64,000 nt of DNA from the human T2T-CHM13v2.0 reference genome, Homo sapiens. Under the pieces are notes generated by a model. That model saw nothing but the letters and a program-made list of their open reading frames with translations. It made no database searches and was not told the DNA's origin. This document shows, piece by piece, positions 14,761 to 29,799 of this stretch (positions are counted from its first letter, which is position 1; every line of letters begins with the position of its first letter). A program made the position numbers and the translations under genes. Location of the stretch: NCBI RefSeq assembly GCF_009914755.1, contig NC_060933.1. One strand, 5' to 3'.

Positions 14761-16084
14761 TCGGTTTAATTCCATTCCATTCCATTCCATTCCATTCTAT
14801 TCCATTCCATTGCAATCGAGTTGAATCCATTGCATTCCATTCCATTCCATTCCATTCCATTCCATTCCGGAAGATTCCATTCCATTGCATTCCATTCTAT
14901 TCCATTCCATTCCATTCCATTCCATTCCATTCCATTCCATTCCATTCCATTGCCTTGTACTCGGGTTGATTCCATTCCATTGCATTCCATTCCATTCCAT
15001 TCCATTCCATTCCGTTCCATTCCATTCCATTACATTCGGATTGATTCTTTTCAACTCCCTTACTCTCCACTACATTCCATTCCATTCGGGTTGTTCCATT
15101 CCATTCCATTACATTCCACTCCATTCCATTGCAGTCGGGTGGATTCCATTCCATTCCATTCCATTCCATTCCGGATGATTCCATTGCATTGCATTCCGTT
15201 CCATTACATTCCCCTGCACTCGGGTTGATTCCATTCCATTCCATTCCATTCCATTCGATTCCATTCCATTCCCCTGCACTCGCGTTGATTCCATTCCATT
15301 CCATTCCATTCCATTCCATTCCATTCCATTCCATTCCTCTCCATTCCAGTCCTTTCCATTCCATTCCACTCGGGTTGATTCTATTCTATTAGTTTCCATT
15401 CCATTCCATTCCCTTCCATTCTACTCGGGTTGATTCCATTCCATTCCATTCCACTCCATTCGGTTCCGTTGCATTCCATTCTATTGCATTCCATTCTATT
15501 CGGGTTAATTCCATTCCATTCTATTCCATTCCATTCCATTCCATTCCATTGCAATGGAGTTGATTCCATTCCATTCCATTCCATTCCGGATGATTCCATT
15601 CCATTGCATTCCATTCCATTCCATTCCCCTGCACTCGTGTTGATTCCATTCCCTTCCATTCCATTCCATTCCGTTCCATTCCATTCCATTCCTTTCTATT
15701 CCGGTTAATTCCATTCCATTCCATTCCATTCCATTCCATTCCATTCCATTCCATTGCAATCGAGTTGATTCCACTCCATTCCTTTCCATTCCATTCCATT
15801 GCCTTGCATTCCACTCGTGTTGACTCCATTCCAATCCATTCCATTCCATTCCATTCCACTCGAGTTGACTTCATTCCATTCCTTTCCATTCCATTCCATT
15901 CCTTTCCACTCGAGTTGATTCCATTCCATTCCATTCCATTGCATTCCATACCATTCCTTTCCCCTGCACTCGGGTTGATTCCATTCCATTCCATTCCATT
16001 TAATTCCATTCCATTCCATTCCGTTCCATTCCAATCCGTTCCATTCCATTCCATTCTATTCCATTGCAATCGACTTGATTCCAT

Positions 16085-16280
16085 TCCATTCCATTCCATT
16101 CCATTCCATTCCATTCCATTCCACTCCATTCCATTTTGCTCCAATCCATTCTATTCCGAACCATTCCATTCCATTCCATTCCATTCCATTCCATTCCATT
16201 CCATTCCATTTTGTTCCAATCCATTCTATTCCGAACCATTCCATTCCATTCCATTCCATTCCATTCCATTCCATTCCATT
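16085..16280 (+). repeat. 75-bp local tandem duplication
   Basis: CCATTTTG(C/T)TCCAATCCATTCTATTCCGAACC occurs at 16131 and 16206. Confidence 0.85.
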
Positions 16281-18299
16281 CCATGCCATTCCACTCGGGT
16301 TGATTCCATTCCCTTCCATTCCATTCCTCTCCATTCCATTGCACTCGGGTTGATTCCATTCCATTGCATTCCATTCCATTCCATTCAATTCCATTCCATT
16401 CCATTCCATTCCGTTCCATTCCTTTCCATTACATTCGGTTTGATTCTATTCAATTCCCTTACACTCCATTCCATTCCATTCCATTCGGGTAGTTTCCACT
16501 CCATTCCATTCCATTCCTCTCCATTCCATTGCACTCGGGTTGATTCCATTCCATTGCATTCCATTCCATTCCGTTCAATTCCATTCCGTTCCATTCCATT
16601 CCATTACATTCGGATTGATTCTATTCAACTCCCTTACTCTCCATTACATTAGATTCCATTCGGGTTGTTCCATTCCATTCCATTCCATTCCACTCCATTC
16701 CATTGCATTCGGGTTGATTCCATTCCATTCCATTCCATTCCATTCCGGAAGATTCCGTTCCATTGCATTCCATTCCATTCCATTCCCCTGCACTCGCGTT
16801 GATTCCATTCCATTCCATTCCGTTCCATTCCATTCCGTTCCATTCCATTCCATTCCATTCCATTCCATTCCGTTCCGTTCCATTCCATTCCATTCCATTC
16901 CATTCTATTCGGGTTAATTCCATTCCATTCCATTCTATTGCAATCGTGTTTATTCCATTTCATTCCATTCCATTTCATTCCATTCCATTCGATTCCATTC
17001 GATTGCACTCGGGTTGATTCCATTCCATTGCATTCCATTCCATTCAATTCCATTCCATTCCATTCCATTCCATTCCGTTCCATTCCATTCCATTACATTC
17101 GGATTGATTCTATTCAATTCCCTTACACTCCATTACATTCCATTCCATTCGGGTAGTTTCCACTCCATTCCATTCCATTCCTCTCCATTCCATTGCACTC
17201 GGGTTGATTCCATTCCATTGCATTCCATTCCGTTCCATTCAATTCCATTCCGTTCCATTCCATTCCATTACATTCGGATTGATTCTATTCAACTCCCTTA
17301 CTCTCCGTTACATTCCATTCCATTCGGGTTGTTCCATTCCATTCCATTCCATTCCACTCCATTCCATTGCACTCGGGTTTATTCCATTCCATTCCATTCC
17401 ATTCCATTCCATTCCATTCCATTACGGAAGATTCCATTCCATTGCATTCCATTCCATTCCATTCCCCTGCACTCACGTTGATTCCATTGCTTTCCATTCC
17501 ATTCCATTCCGTTCCATTCCATTCCTTTCCGTTCCATTCCATTCCATTCCATTCCATTCCATTCCATTCCATTCCATTCCATTCCTTTCCGTTCCGTTCC
17601 GTTCCATTCCATTCCATTCCATTCTATTCGGGTTAATTCCATTCTATTCCATTCCATTCCATTCCATTCCATTCCAATCGAGTTGATTCCATTCCATTCC
17701 GTTCCATTCCACTCCATTCCAGTCTTTTCCATTCCATTCCACTCGGGTTGATTCCAATGTATTCCTTCCCATTCCATTCCATTCCATTGCAATCGAGTTG
17801 ATTCCATTGCTTTGCATTCCATTCCATTCCATTCCATTCCGGATGATTCCATTCCATTGCATTCCATTCCATTCCATTCCCCTGCACTCTGGTTGATTCC
17901 ATTCCATTCCACTCCATTCCGTTCCATTCCATTCCATTCCATTGTATTCAGGTTAATTCCATTCCATTCCATTCCATTCCATTCCATTCCATTCCATCAC
18001 AATCGAGTTGGTTCCATTCCATTCCATTCCATTCCATTCCATTCCATTCCATTCCGGATGATTCCATTCCATTACATTCCGTTCCATTACATTCCCCTGC
18101 ACTCGGGTTGATTCCATTCCATTCCAATCCATTCCATTCGATTCCATTCCATTCCAATTCTTTCCATTCCATTCTATTCCGTACCATTCCATTCCATTCC
18201 ATACCATTCCATTCCATTCCGTTCCGTTCCGTTCCGTTCCATTCCATTCCATTCCATTTTATTCGGGTTAATTCCATTCCATTCCATTCCATTCCATTC

Positions 18300-18400
18300 T
18301 ATTCCATTGCAATCGAGTTGAATCCATTGCATTCCATTCCATTCCATTCCATTCCATTGCAATCGAGTTGAATCCATTGCATTCCATTCCATTCCATTCC
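18300..18400 (+). repeat. 50-bp local tandem duplication
   Basis: ATTGCAATCGAGTTGAATCCATTGC occurs at 18306 and 18356. Confidence 0.8.
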
Positions 18401-19099
18401 GGAAGATTCCATTCCATTGCATTCCATTCCATTCCATTCCCCTGCACTCGCGTTGATTCCATTCCATTCAATTCCATTCCGTTCCGTTCCGTTCCGTTCC
18501 ATTCCATTCCATTCCGTTCCGTTCCGTTCCGTTCCATTCCATTCCATTCTACTCGGGTTAATTCCATTCCATTCCATTCGATTGCAATCGAGTTGATTCC
18601 ATTCCATTCCATTCCATTGCATTCCATTCCATTCCATTCCTTTCCATTCCATTACGGATGATTCCATTCCACTGCATTACATTCCATTCCATTCCCCTGT
18701 ACTCGGGTTGATTCCATTCCATTCCATTCCATTCCATTCCATTCTATTCCATTCCATTCCATTCCATTCCGGAAGATTCCATTCCATTGCATTCCATTCC
18801 ATTCCATTCCCCTGCACTCGCGTTGATTCCATTCCATTCCATTCCATTCCATTCCATTCCATTCCATTCCAATCCGTTCCATTACATTCCATTCCATTCC
18901 ATTCCGTTCCGTTCCATTCCATTCCATTCCATTCCATTCCATTCTATTCGGGTTAATTCCATTCCATTCCATTCGATTGCAATCGAGTTGATTCCATTCC
19001 ATTCCATTCCAATCCATGCCATTCCACTCGTTATGATTCCATTCTTTCCATTCCAATCAAGTTGAATCCATTCCATTGCATTCTATTCCATTCGATTCC

Positions 19100-21700
19100 A
19101 TTCGATTGCACTCGGGTTGATTCCTTGGCATTGCATTCCATTCCATTCCATTCCATTCCATTCCATTCCTTTCCATTCCATTCCATTCCATTCCATTCGG
19201 ATTCATTCTATTCAATTCCCTTACACTCCATTACATTCCATTCCATTCGTGTAGTTTCCATTCCATTCCATTCCATTCCTCTCCATTCCATTGCACTCGG
19301 GTTGATTCCATACCATTCCATTCCATTCGATTCCATTCCATTCCATTCCGGATGATTCCATTCCATTGAATTCCATTGCATTCCATTCCCCTGCACTTGG
19401 GTTGATTCCAATCCATTCCATTCCATTCCTTTCTTTTCCATTCCATTCCATTCCATTCCATTCCATTCTTTCGTGTTAATTCCATTCCATTCTATTCCAT
19501 TCCATTCCATTGAAATCGAGTTGATTCCATTCCATTCCATTCCATTCCATTCCATTCCATTCCATTCCATTCCATTCCGGATGATTCCATTCCATTGCAT
19601 TCCATTCCATTCCATTCCCCTGCACTCGGGTTGATTCCATTCAATTCCATTCCATTACATTCCATTCCATTCCGTTCCATTTCATTCTATTCGGGTTAAT
19701 TCCATTCCATTCCATTCCACTCCATTCCAGTCCTTTCCATTCCATTCCACTCGGGTTGATTCCATTCTATTCCTTTCAATTCCATTCCATTCCATTGCAA
19801 TCAAGTTGATTCCATTCGAGTTGAATCCATTCCATTCCATTCCATTGCACACGGGTTCATTCCATTCCATTCCATTCCATTCCATTCCATTCCATATCAT
19901 TCCATTCCATTCTATTCCGTACCATTCCATTCCATCCCATTCCATTCCGTTCCATTCCATGCCATTACACTCGGGTTGATTCCATTCCTTTCCATTCCAT
20001 TCTTGTTGAATCCATTCCATTCCATTCCATTCCATTCGAATCCATTCCATTGCACTCGGGTTGATTCCATTCCATTCCATTCCATTCCATTTCATTCCAT
20101 TCCATTCCATTACATTCGGATTGATTCTATTCAATTCCCTTACACTCCATTACATTCCATTACATTCGGGATGTTTCCATTCCATTCCATTCCATTCCAC
20201 TCCATTCCATTGCATCAGGTTGATTGCATTCCATTCCATTCCATTCCATTCCGGATGATTCCATTCCATTGCATTCCATTCCATTCCATTCGCCTGCACT
20301 CGGGTTGATTCCATTCCATTCCATTCCATTCCATTCTATTCTATTCGGGTTAATTCCATTCCATTCCATTACATTCCATTCCATTCCATTCCATTCCAAT
20401 CGAGTTGATTCCATTCCATTCCATTCCATTCCATTCCACTCCATTCCAGTCCTTTCCATTCCATTACACTCGGGTTGATTCCATTCTATTCCTTTCCATT
20501 CCATTCCATTCCATTGCAATCGAGTTGATTCCATTGCTTTGCATTCCATTCCATTCCATTCCATTCCAGATGATTCCATTCCATAGCATTCCATTCCATT
20601 CCATTCCCCTGCACTCGGGTTGATTCCATTCCATTCCACTCCATTCCGTTCCATTCCGTTCCCTTCCATTGTATTCGGGTTAATTCCATTCCATTCCATT
20701 CCATTCCATTCCATTCCATTCCATTACAATCGAGTTGATTCCATGCCATTCCATTCCATTCCAGTCCTTTCCAATCCATTCCACTCGGGTTGATTCCATT
20801 CTATTAGTTTCCATTCCATTCCATTCCCTTCCATTCCACTCTGGTTGATTCCATTCCTTTCCATTCCACTCGAATACATTCCCTCCTATTCCACTCGGAA
20901 CGATTCCATTCCATTCCATTCCATTCCATTCCATTCCATTCCAGTTCGTTCCATTCCATTCTATTCCGTACCATTCCATTCCATTCCATTCCTTTCCATT
21001 CCATTCCTTTCCACTCCTGTTGATTCCATTCCTTTCCATTCCATTCGGTTTGAAGGCATTCCATTCCATTCCATTCCATTCCATTCCATTCCATTCCATT
21101 CTACTCCATTCCATTGCAATCGAGTTTAATCCATTGCCTTTCATGCCATTCCATTCCATTCCATTCCATTCCGGAAGATTCCATTCCATTACATTCCATT
21201 CCATTCCATTCCCCTGCACTCGCGTTGATTCCATTCCATTCCATTCCATTCCATTCCTTTCCGTTCCATTCCATTCCATTCCATTCCATTCCATTCCATT
21301 CCGTTCTGTTCCATTCCATTCCATTCCATTCTATTCGGGTTAATTCCATTCCATTCCATTCGATTGCCATCGAGTTGATTCCATTCCCTTCCATTCCATT
21401 CCATTCCATTCCATTCCATTCCTTTCCATTCCATTACGGATGACTCCATTCCATTGCATTCCATTCCATTCCATTCCCCTGTACTCGGGTTGATTCCATT
21501 CCATTCCATTATACTCCATTCGGTTCCGTTGCATTCCATTCTATTGCATTCCATTCTATTCGGGTTAATTCCATTCCATTCTATTCCATTCCATTCCATT
21601 CCATTCCATTGCAATGGAGTTGATTCCATTCCATTCCATTCCATTCCGGATGATTCCATTCCATTGCATTCCATTCCATTCCATTCCCCTGCACTCGTGT
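19100..21700 (+). repeat. More diverged paralog of blocks at about 27450-29900 and 38280-40800
   Basis: CGGATTCATTCTATTC (19198/27542/38365), TGCACACGGGTTCATT (19846/28201/38994), TGCATCAGGTTGATTGC (20211/28571/39374), EcoRI sites 19368/27712/38530. Confidence 0.85.
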
Positions 21701-24700
21701 TGATTCCATTCCCTTCCATTCCATTCCATTCCATTCTATTCCGATTAATTCCATTCCATTCCATTGAAATCGAGTTGATTCCATTCCATTCCTTTCCATT
21801 CCATTGCATTGCATTGCCACTCGGTTTGATTCCATTCCGTTCTTTCCACTCCATTACATTCCCTTCCATTCCACTCGGAATGATTGATTCCATTCCATTC
21901 CATTCTATTTCATTCCATTGCAATCCATTCCAATCCATTCCATTCCATTCCATTCCACTCGAGTTGACTTCATTCCATTCTTTCCATTCCATTCCATTCC
22001 ATTCCTTTCCACTCGAGTTGATTCCATTCCATTCCAATCCATTGCATTCCATTCCATGCCATTCCACTCGGGTTGATTCCATTCCTTTGCATTCCATTCC
22101 ATTCCATTCCATTGCATTCCATTCCATTCCATTCCGTTGTATTCCATTCCATTACATTCGGATTGATTCTATTCAACTCCCTTACTCTCCATTACATTCC
22201 ATTCCATTCGGGTTCTTCCATTCCATTCCATTCCATTCCACTCCATTCCATTGCACTCGGGTTGATTCCATTCCATTCCATTCCATTCCATTCCATTCCA
22301 TTCCATTCCGGATGATTCCATTCCATTGCCTTCCATTCCATTACATTCCCCTGCACTCGGGTTGATACCATTCCATTCCATTCCATTCCATTCCATTCCA
22401 TTCCGGATAATTCCATTCCATTGCATTCCATTCCATTCCATTCCCCTGCACTCGGGTTTATTACATTCCATTTCCTTCCCTTCCATTCCTTTCCATTCCA
22501 TTCCATTCCATTCTATTCGGGTGAATTCCATTCCATTCCATTCCATTCCACTCCATTCCATTCCATTCCATTCCATTCCATTGGAATCGAGTTGATTCTA
22601 TTCCATTCCATTCCATTCCATTCCATTGCAATGGAGTTGATTCCATTCCATTCCATTCCATTCCGGATGATTCCATTCCATTGCATTCCATTCCATTCCA
22701 CTGCCCTGCACTCGTGTTCATTCCATTCCGTTCCATTCCATTCCATTCCATTTTATTCCGGTTAATTCCATTCCATTCCATTCCATTCCATTCCATTCCA
22801 TTGCAATCGAGTTGATTCTATTCCATTCCTTTCCATTCCATTCCATTGCCTTGCATTCCACTCGGGTTGATTCCATTCCCTTCTTTCCACTCCATTTCAT
22901 TCCCTTCCATTCCACTCGGAATGATTGATTCCATTCCATTCCATTCCATTTCATTCCATTGCAATCCATTCCAAACCATTCCATTCCATTCCATTCCACT
23001 CGAGTTGACTTCATTCCATTCCTTTCCATTCCATTCCATTCCTTTCCACTCGAGTTGATTCCATTCCATTCCAATCCATTGCATTCCATTCCATGCCATT
23101 CCACTCGGCTTGATTCCATTCCTTTGCATTCCATTCCATTCCATTCCATTCCATTCCATTCCATTCCGTTCATTCCATTCCATTACATTCGGATTGATTC
23201 TATTCAACTCCCTTACTCTCCATTACATTCCATTCCATTCAGGTTGTTCCATTCCATTCCATTCCATTCCACTCCATTCCATTGCACTGGGGTTGATTCC
23301 ATTCCATTCCATTCCATTCCATTCCATTCCGGATGATTCCATTCCATTACATTCCGTTCCATTACATTCCCCTGCACTCGCGTTGATTCCATTCCATTCC
23401 ATTCCATTCCATTCCATTCAATTCCATTCCATTACAATTCGTTCCATTCCATTCTATTCGGTAGCATTCCATTCCATTCCATACCATTCCATTCTATTCC
23501 ATTCCGTTCCATTCCATTCCATTCCGTTCCATTCCGTTCCATTCCATTCCATTCCATTCTATTCGGGTTATTTCCATTCCATTCCATTCCATCCCATTCT
23601 ATTACATTCCATTGCAATCGAGTTGAATCCATTGCATTTCATTCCATTCCATTCCATTCCATTCCATTCCGGAAGATTCCATTCCATTGCATTCCATTCC
23701 ATTCCATTCCCCTGCACTCGCGTTGATTCCATTCCATTCCATTCCATTCCATTCCATTCCATTCCATTCCATTCCATTCCGTTCCGTTCCATTCCATTCC
23801 ATTCCATTCCATTCTGTTCCGTTCCGTTCCATTCCATTCCATTCCATTCTATTCGGGTTAATTCCATTCCATTCCATTCGATTGCAATCGTATTGATTCC
23901 ATTCCATTCCATTCCATTCCATTCCATTCCATTCCATTCCTTTCCATTCCATTACTGATGATTCCATTCCATTGCATTCCAATCCATGCCCTTCCACTCG
24001 TGTTGATTCCATTCTTTCCATTCCATTCAAGTTGAATCCATTCCATTGCATTCCATTCCATTCGATTCCATTCGATTGCACTCGGGTTGATTCCATTCCA
24101 TTGCATTCCATTCCATTCCATTCCATTCCATTCCATTCCATTACATTCGGAATGATTCTATTCAATTCCCTTACACTCCATTACATTCCATTCCATTCGG
24201 GTAGTTTCCATTCCATTCCATTCCATTCCTCTCCATTCCATTGCACTCGGGTTGATTCCATTCCATTGCATTCAATTCCATTCCATTCAATTCCATTCCG
24301 TTCCATTCCATTCCATTACATTCGGATTGATTCTATTCAACTCCCTTACTCTCCATTACATTCCATTCCATTCGGGTTGTTCCATTCCATTCCATTCCAT
24401 TCCACTCCATTCCATTGCACTCGGGTTTAATCCATTCCATTCCATTCCATTCCATTCCATTCCATTCCATTCCATTCCGGAAGATTCCATTCCATTGCAT
24501 TCCATTCCATTCCATTCCCCTGCACTCGCGTTGATTCCATTCCATTCCATTCCATTCCATTCCATTCCATTCCATTCCTTTCCGTTCCATTCCATTCCAT
24601 TCCATTCCATTCCATTCCATTCCGTTCCGTTCCATTCCATTCCATTCCATTCCATTCCATTCCATTCGGGTTAATTCCAGTCCATTCCATTCGATTGCAT

Positions 24701-27700
24701 TCGAGTTGATTCCATTCCATTCCATTCCATTCCATTCCATTCCATTCCTTTCCATTCCTTTCCATTCCATTACGGATGATTCCATTCCATTGCATTCCAT
24801 TCCATTCCATTTCCCTGTACTCGGGTTCATTCCATTCCATTCCATTCCAATCCATGCCATTCCACTCGTGTTGATTCCATTCTTTCCATTCCATTCAAGT
24901 TGAATCCATTCCTTTGCATTCCATTCCATTCCATTCCCCTGCAGTCGGGTTGATTCCATTCCATTCCATTCCATTCCATTCCATTCCATTCCATTCCGTT
25001 CCGTTCCGTTCCGTTCCGTTCCATTCCATTCCTTTCCATTCTATTCGGGTTAATTCCATTCCATTCCATTCCATTCCATTCCATTCCAATCGAGTTGATT
25101 CCATTCCATTCCATTCCATTCCATTCCACTCCATTCCAGTCCTTTCCATTCCATTCCACTCGGGTTGATTCCAATGTATTCCTTTCCATTCCGTTCCATT
25201 CCATTGCAATCGAGTTGATTCCATTTCTTTGCATTCCATTCCATTCCATTCCATTCCATTCGGATTCATTCTATTCAATTCCCTTACACTCCATTACATT
25301 CCATTCCATTCGTGTAGTTTCCATTCCAATCCATTCCATTCCTCTCCATTCCATTGCACTCGGGTTGATTCCATTCCATTCCATTCCACTCCATTCCATT
25401 CCATTCCATTCCATTCCATTCCGGATGATTCCATTCCATTGAATTCCATTGCATTCCATTCCCCTGCACTTGGGTTGATTCCATTCCATTCCATTACACT
25501 CCTTTATTTTCCATTCCATTCCATTCCATTCCATTCTTTCGTGTTAATTCCATTCCATTCTATTCCATTCCATTCCATTGAAATCGAGTTGATTCCATTC
25601 CATTCCATTCCATTCCATTCCATTCCATTCCATTCCGGATGATTCCATTCCTTTCCATTCCATTCCATTCCATTCCATTGTACTCGGGTTGATTCCATTC
25701 CATTGCATTCCATTCCATTCCATTCCATTCCATTCCGTTGCATTCCATTCCATTACATTCGGATTGATTCTATTAAACTCCCTTACTCTCCATTACATTC
25801 CATTCCATTCGGGTTGTTCCATTCCATTCCATTCCATTCCACTCCATTCCATTGCACTCGGGTTGATTCCATTCCATTCCATTCCATTCCATTCCATTCC
25901 ATTCCATTCCGGATGATTCCATTCCATTGCATTCCGTTCCATTACATTCCCCTGCACTCGCGTTGATTCCATTCCATTCCATTCAATTCCATTCCATTAC
26001 AATTCGTTCCATTCCATTCTATTCCGTACCATTCCATTCCATTCCATACCATTCCATTCCATTCCATTCCATTCCATTCCTTTCCATTCCGTTCTATTGC
26101 ATTCTATTCGGGTTAATTCCATTCCATTCCATTCCATTCCATTCTATTCCATTCCATTGCAATCGAGTTGAATCCATTGCATTCCATTCCATTCCATTCC
26201 ATTCCATTCCATTCCGGAAGATTCCATTCCATGGCATTCCATTCCATTCCATTCCCCTGCACTCGCGTTGATTCCATTCCATTCCATTCCATTCCATTCC
26301 ATTCCATTCCATTCCATTCTGTTCCGTTCCATTCCATTCCATTCCATTCCATTCCATTCCGTTCCGTTCCATTCCATTCCATTCCATTCTATTCGGGTTA
26401 ATTCCATTCCATTCCATTCGATTGCAATCGTGTTGATTCCATTCCATTCCATTCCATTCCATTCCATTCCATTCCATTCCTTTCCATTCCATTACGGATG
26501 ATTCCATTTCATTGCATTCCATTCCATTCCATTCCCCTGTACTCGAGTTGATTCCATTCCATTGCATTCCAATCCATGCCCTTCCACACGTGTTGATTCC
26601 ATTCTTTCCATTCCATTCAAGTTGAATCCATTCCATTGCATTCCATTCCATTCGATTCCATTCGATTGCACTCGGGTTGATTCCATTCCATTGCATTCCA
26701 TTCCTTTCCATTCCATTCCATTCCATTCCATTCCATTCTGTTCCATTCCATTCCATTACATTCGGATTTATTCTATTCAATTGCCTTACACTCCATTACA
26801 TTCCATTCCATTCGGGTAGTTTCCATTCCATTCCATTCCATTCCTCTCCATTCCATTGCACTCGGGTTGATTCCATTCCATTGCATTCCATTCCATTCCA
26901 TTCAATTCCATTCCGTTCCATTCCATTCCATTACATTCGGATTGATTCTATTCAACTCCCTTACTCTCCATTCCATTCCATTCCATTTCATTCCATTCCA
27001 TTCCATTCCATTCCACTCCATTCCATTGCACTCGGGTTTATTCAATTCCATTCCATTCCATTCCATTCCATTCCATTCCATTCCGGAAGATTCCATTCCA
27101 TTGCATTCCATTCCATTGTATTCCCCTGCACTCGCGTTGATTCCATTCCATTCCATTCCCTTCCATTCCATTCCATTCCATTCCATTCCATTCCTTTCCG
27201 TTCCATTCTATTCCATTCCATTCGATTGCAATCGAGTTGATTCCATTCCATTCCATTCCATTCCATTCCATTCCATTCCATTCCTTTCCATTGCATTACG
27301 GATGATTCCATTCCATTGCATTGCATTCCATTCCATTCCCCTGTACTCGGGTTGATTCCATTCCATTCCATTCCATTCCATTCTATTCCATTCCATTCCA
27401 TTCCATTCCGGAAGTTTCCATTCCATTGCATTCCATTCCATTCGATTCCATTCGATTGCACTCGGGTGATTCCATGGCATTGCATTCCATTCCATTCCAT
27501 TCCATTCCATTCCTTTCCATTCCATTCCATTCCATTCCATTCGGATTCATTCTATTCAATTCCCTTACACTCCATTACATTCCATTCCATTCGTGTAGTT
27601 TCCATTCCATTCCATGCCATTCCTCTCCATTCCATTGCACTCGGGTTGATTCCATTCCATTCCATTCCATTCCATTCCATTCCATTCCATTCCGGATGAT

Positions 27701-29430
27701 TCCATTCCATTGAATTCCATTCCATTCCATTCCCCTGCACTTGTGTTGATTCCATTCCATTACATTCCATTCCTTTCTGTTCCATTCCATTCCATTCCAT
27801 TCCATTCCATTCCATTCCATTCTATTCGTGTTAATTCCGTTCCATTCTATTCCATTCCATTCCATTGAAATCGAGTTGATTCCATTCCATTCAATTCCAT
27901 TCCATTCCATTCCATTCCATTCGGGATGATTCCATTCTATTGCATTCCATTCCATTCCATTCCCCTGCACTCGTGTTGATTCCATTCCTTTCCATTCCAT
28001 TACATTCCATTCCATTCCGTTCCATTTCATTCTATTCGGGTTAATTCCATTCCATTCCATTCCACTCCATTCCAGTCCTTTCCATTCCATTCCACTCGGG
28101 TTGATTCCATTCTATTCCTTTCAATTCCATTCCATTCCATTGCAATCGAGTGGATTCCATTCGAGTTGAATCCATTCCTTTCCATTCCATTCCATTCCAT
28201 TGCACACGGGTTCATTCCATTCCATTACATTCCATTCCATTCCATTCCATTTCATTCCATTCCATTCTATTCCGTACCATTCCATTCCATCCCATTCCAT
28301 TCCGTTCCATTCCATGCCATTACACTCGGGTTGATTCCATTCCTTTCCATTCCATTCTTGTTGAATCCATTCCATTCCATTCCGTTCCATTCGAATCCAT
28401 TCCATTGCACTCGGGTTGATTCCATTCCATTCCATTCCATTCCATTCCATTTCATTCCATTCCATTCCGTTACATTCGGATTGATTCTATTCAATTCCCT
28501 TACACTCCATTACATTCCATTCCATTCGGGATGTTTCCATTCCATTCCATTCCATTCCACTCCATTCCATTGCATCAGGTTGATTGCATTGCATTCCATT
28601 CCATTCCATTCCGGATGATTCCATTCCATTGCATTCCATTCCATTCCATTCTATTGCAGTCGGGTTGATTCCATTCCATTCCATTCCATTCCATTCCATT
28701 CCATTCCATTCCGTTCCATTCCATTCCATTCCATTCTATTCGGGTTAATTCCATTCCATTCCATTCAATTCCATTCCATTCCATTCCGTTCCATTCCATT
28801 CCATTCCATTCTATTCGGGTTAATTCCATTCCATTCCATTCCATTCCATTCCATTCCATTCCATTCCATTGCAATCGAGTTGATTCCATTCCATTCCATT
28901 CCATTCCATTCCATTCCACTCCATTCCAGTCCTTTCCATTCCATTACACTCGGGTTGATTCCATTCTATTCCTTTCCATTCCATTCCATTCCATTGCAAT
29001 CGAGTTGATTCCATTGCTTTGCATTCCATTCCATTCCATTTCATTCCGGATGATTCCATTCCATTGCATTCCATTCCATTCCATTCCCCTGCACTCGGGT
29101 TGATTCCATTCCATTCCACTCCATTCCGTTCCATTCCATTCCATTCCATTGTATTCGGGTTAATTCCATTCCATTCCATTCCATTCCATTCCATTCCATT
29201 ACAATCGAGTTGATTCCATTCCATTCCATTCCATTCCATTCCATTCCATTCCAGTCCTTTCCATTCCATTCCACTCGGGTTGATTCCATTCTATTAGTTT
29301 CCATTCCATTCCATTCCCTTCCATTCCACTCTGGTTGATTCCATTCCTTTCCATTCCACTCGAATACATTCCCTCCTATTCCACTCGGAACGATTCCATT
29401 CCATTCCATTCCATTCCATTCCATTCCATT
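21700..29430 (+). repeat. Copy 1 of a duplication of about 7.7 kb (offset about 10.82 kb)
   Basis: EcoRI sites 22523/25441/27712 recur at 33340/36258/38530 (offsets 10817, 10817, 10818). Shared private variants include CCGATTAATT, GTTGATACC, CGGTAGCATT, ATTACTGATG, CTATTAAACT, CCATGGCATT and CCACACGTG. Many ORF pairs lie at offsets 10803-10832. Confidence 0.93.
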
Positions 29431-29670
29431 CCATTACAATCGAGTTGATTCCATTCCATTCCATTCCATTCCATTCCATTCCATTCCAGTCCTTTCCATT
29501 CCATTCCACTCGGGTTGATTCCATTCTATTAGTTTCCATTCCATTCCATTCCCTTCCATTCCACTCTGGTTGATTCCATTCCTTTCCATTCCACTCGAAT
29601 ACATTCCCTCCTATTCCACTCGGAACGATTCCATTCCATTCCATTCCATTCCATTCCATTCCATTCCATT
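29200..29670 (+). repeat. 235-bp tandem duplication
   Basis: ACAATCGAGTTG...CTATTAGTTT...CGAATACATTCCCTCC...CGGAACGATT occurs twice (starts 29201 and 29436). There is a single copy in the paralog at about 40010-40250. Confidence 0.92.
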
Positions 29671-29799
29671 CCATTCCATTCCCCTGCACTCGCGTTGATT
29701 CCATTCCATTCCATTCCATTCCATTCCGTTCCTTTCCATTCCATTCCATTCCATTCCATTCCATTCCATTCTATTCGGGTTAATTCCATTCCATTCCAT

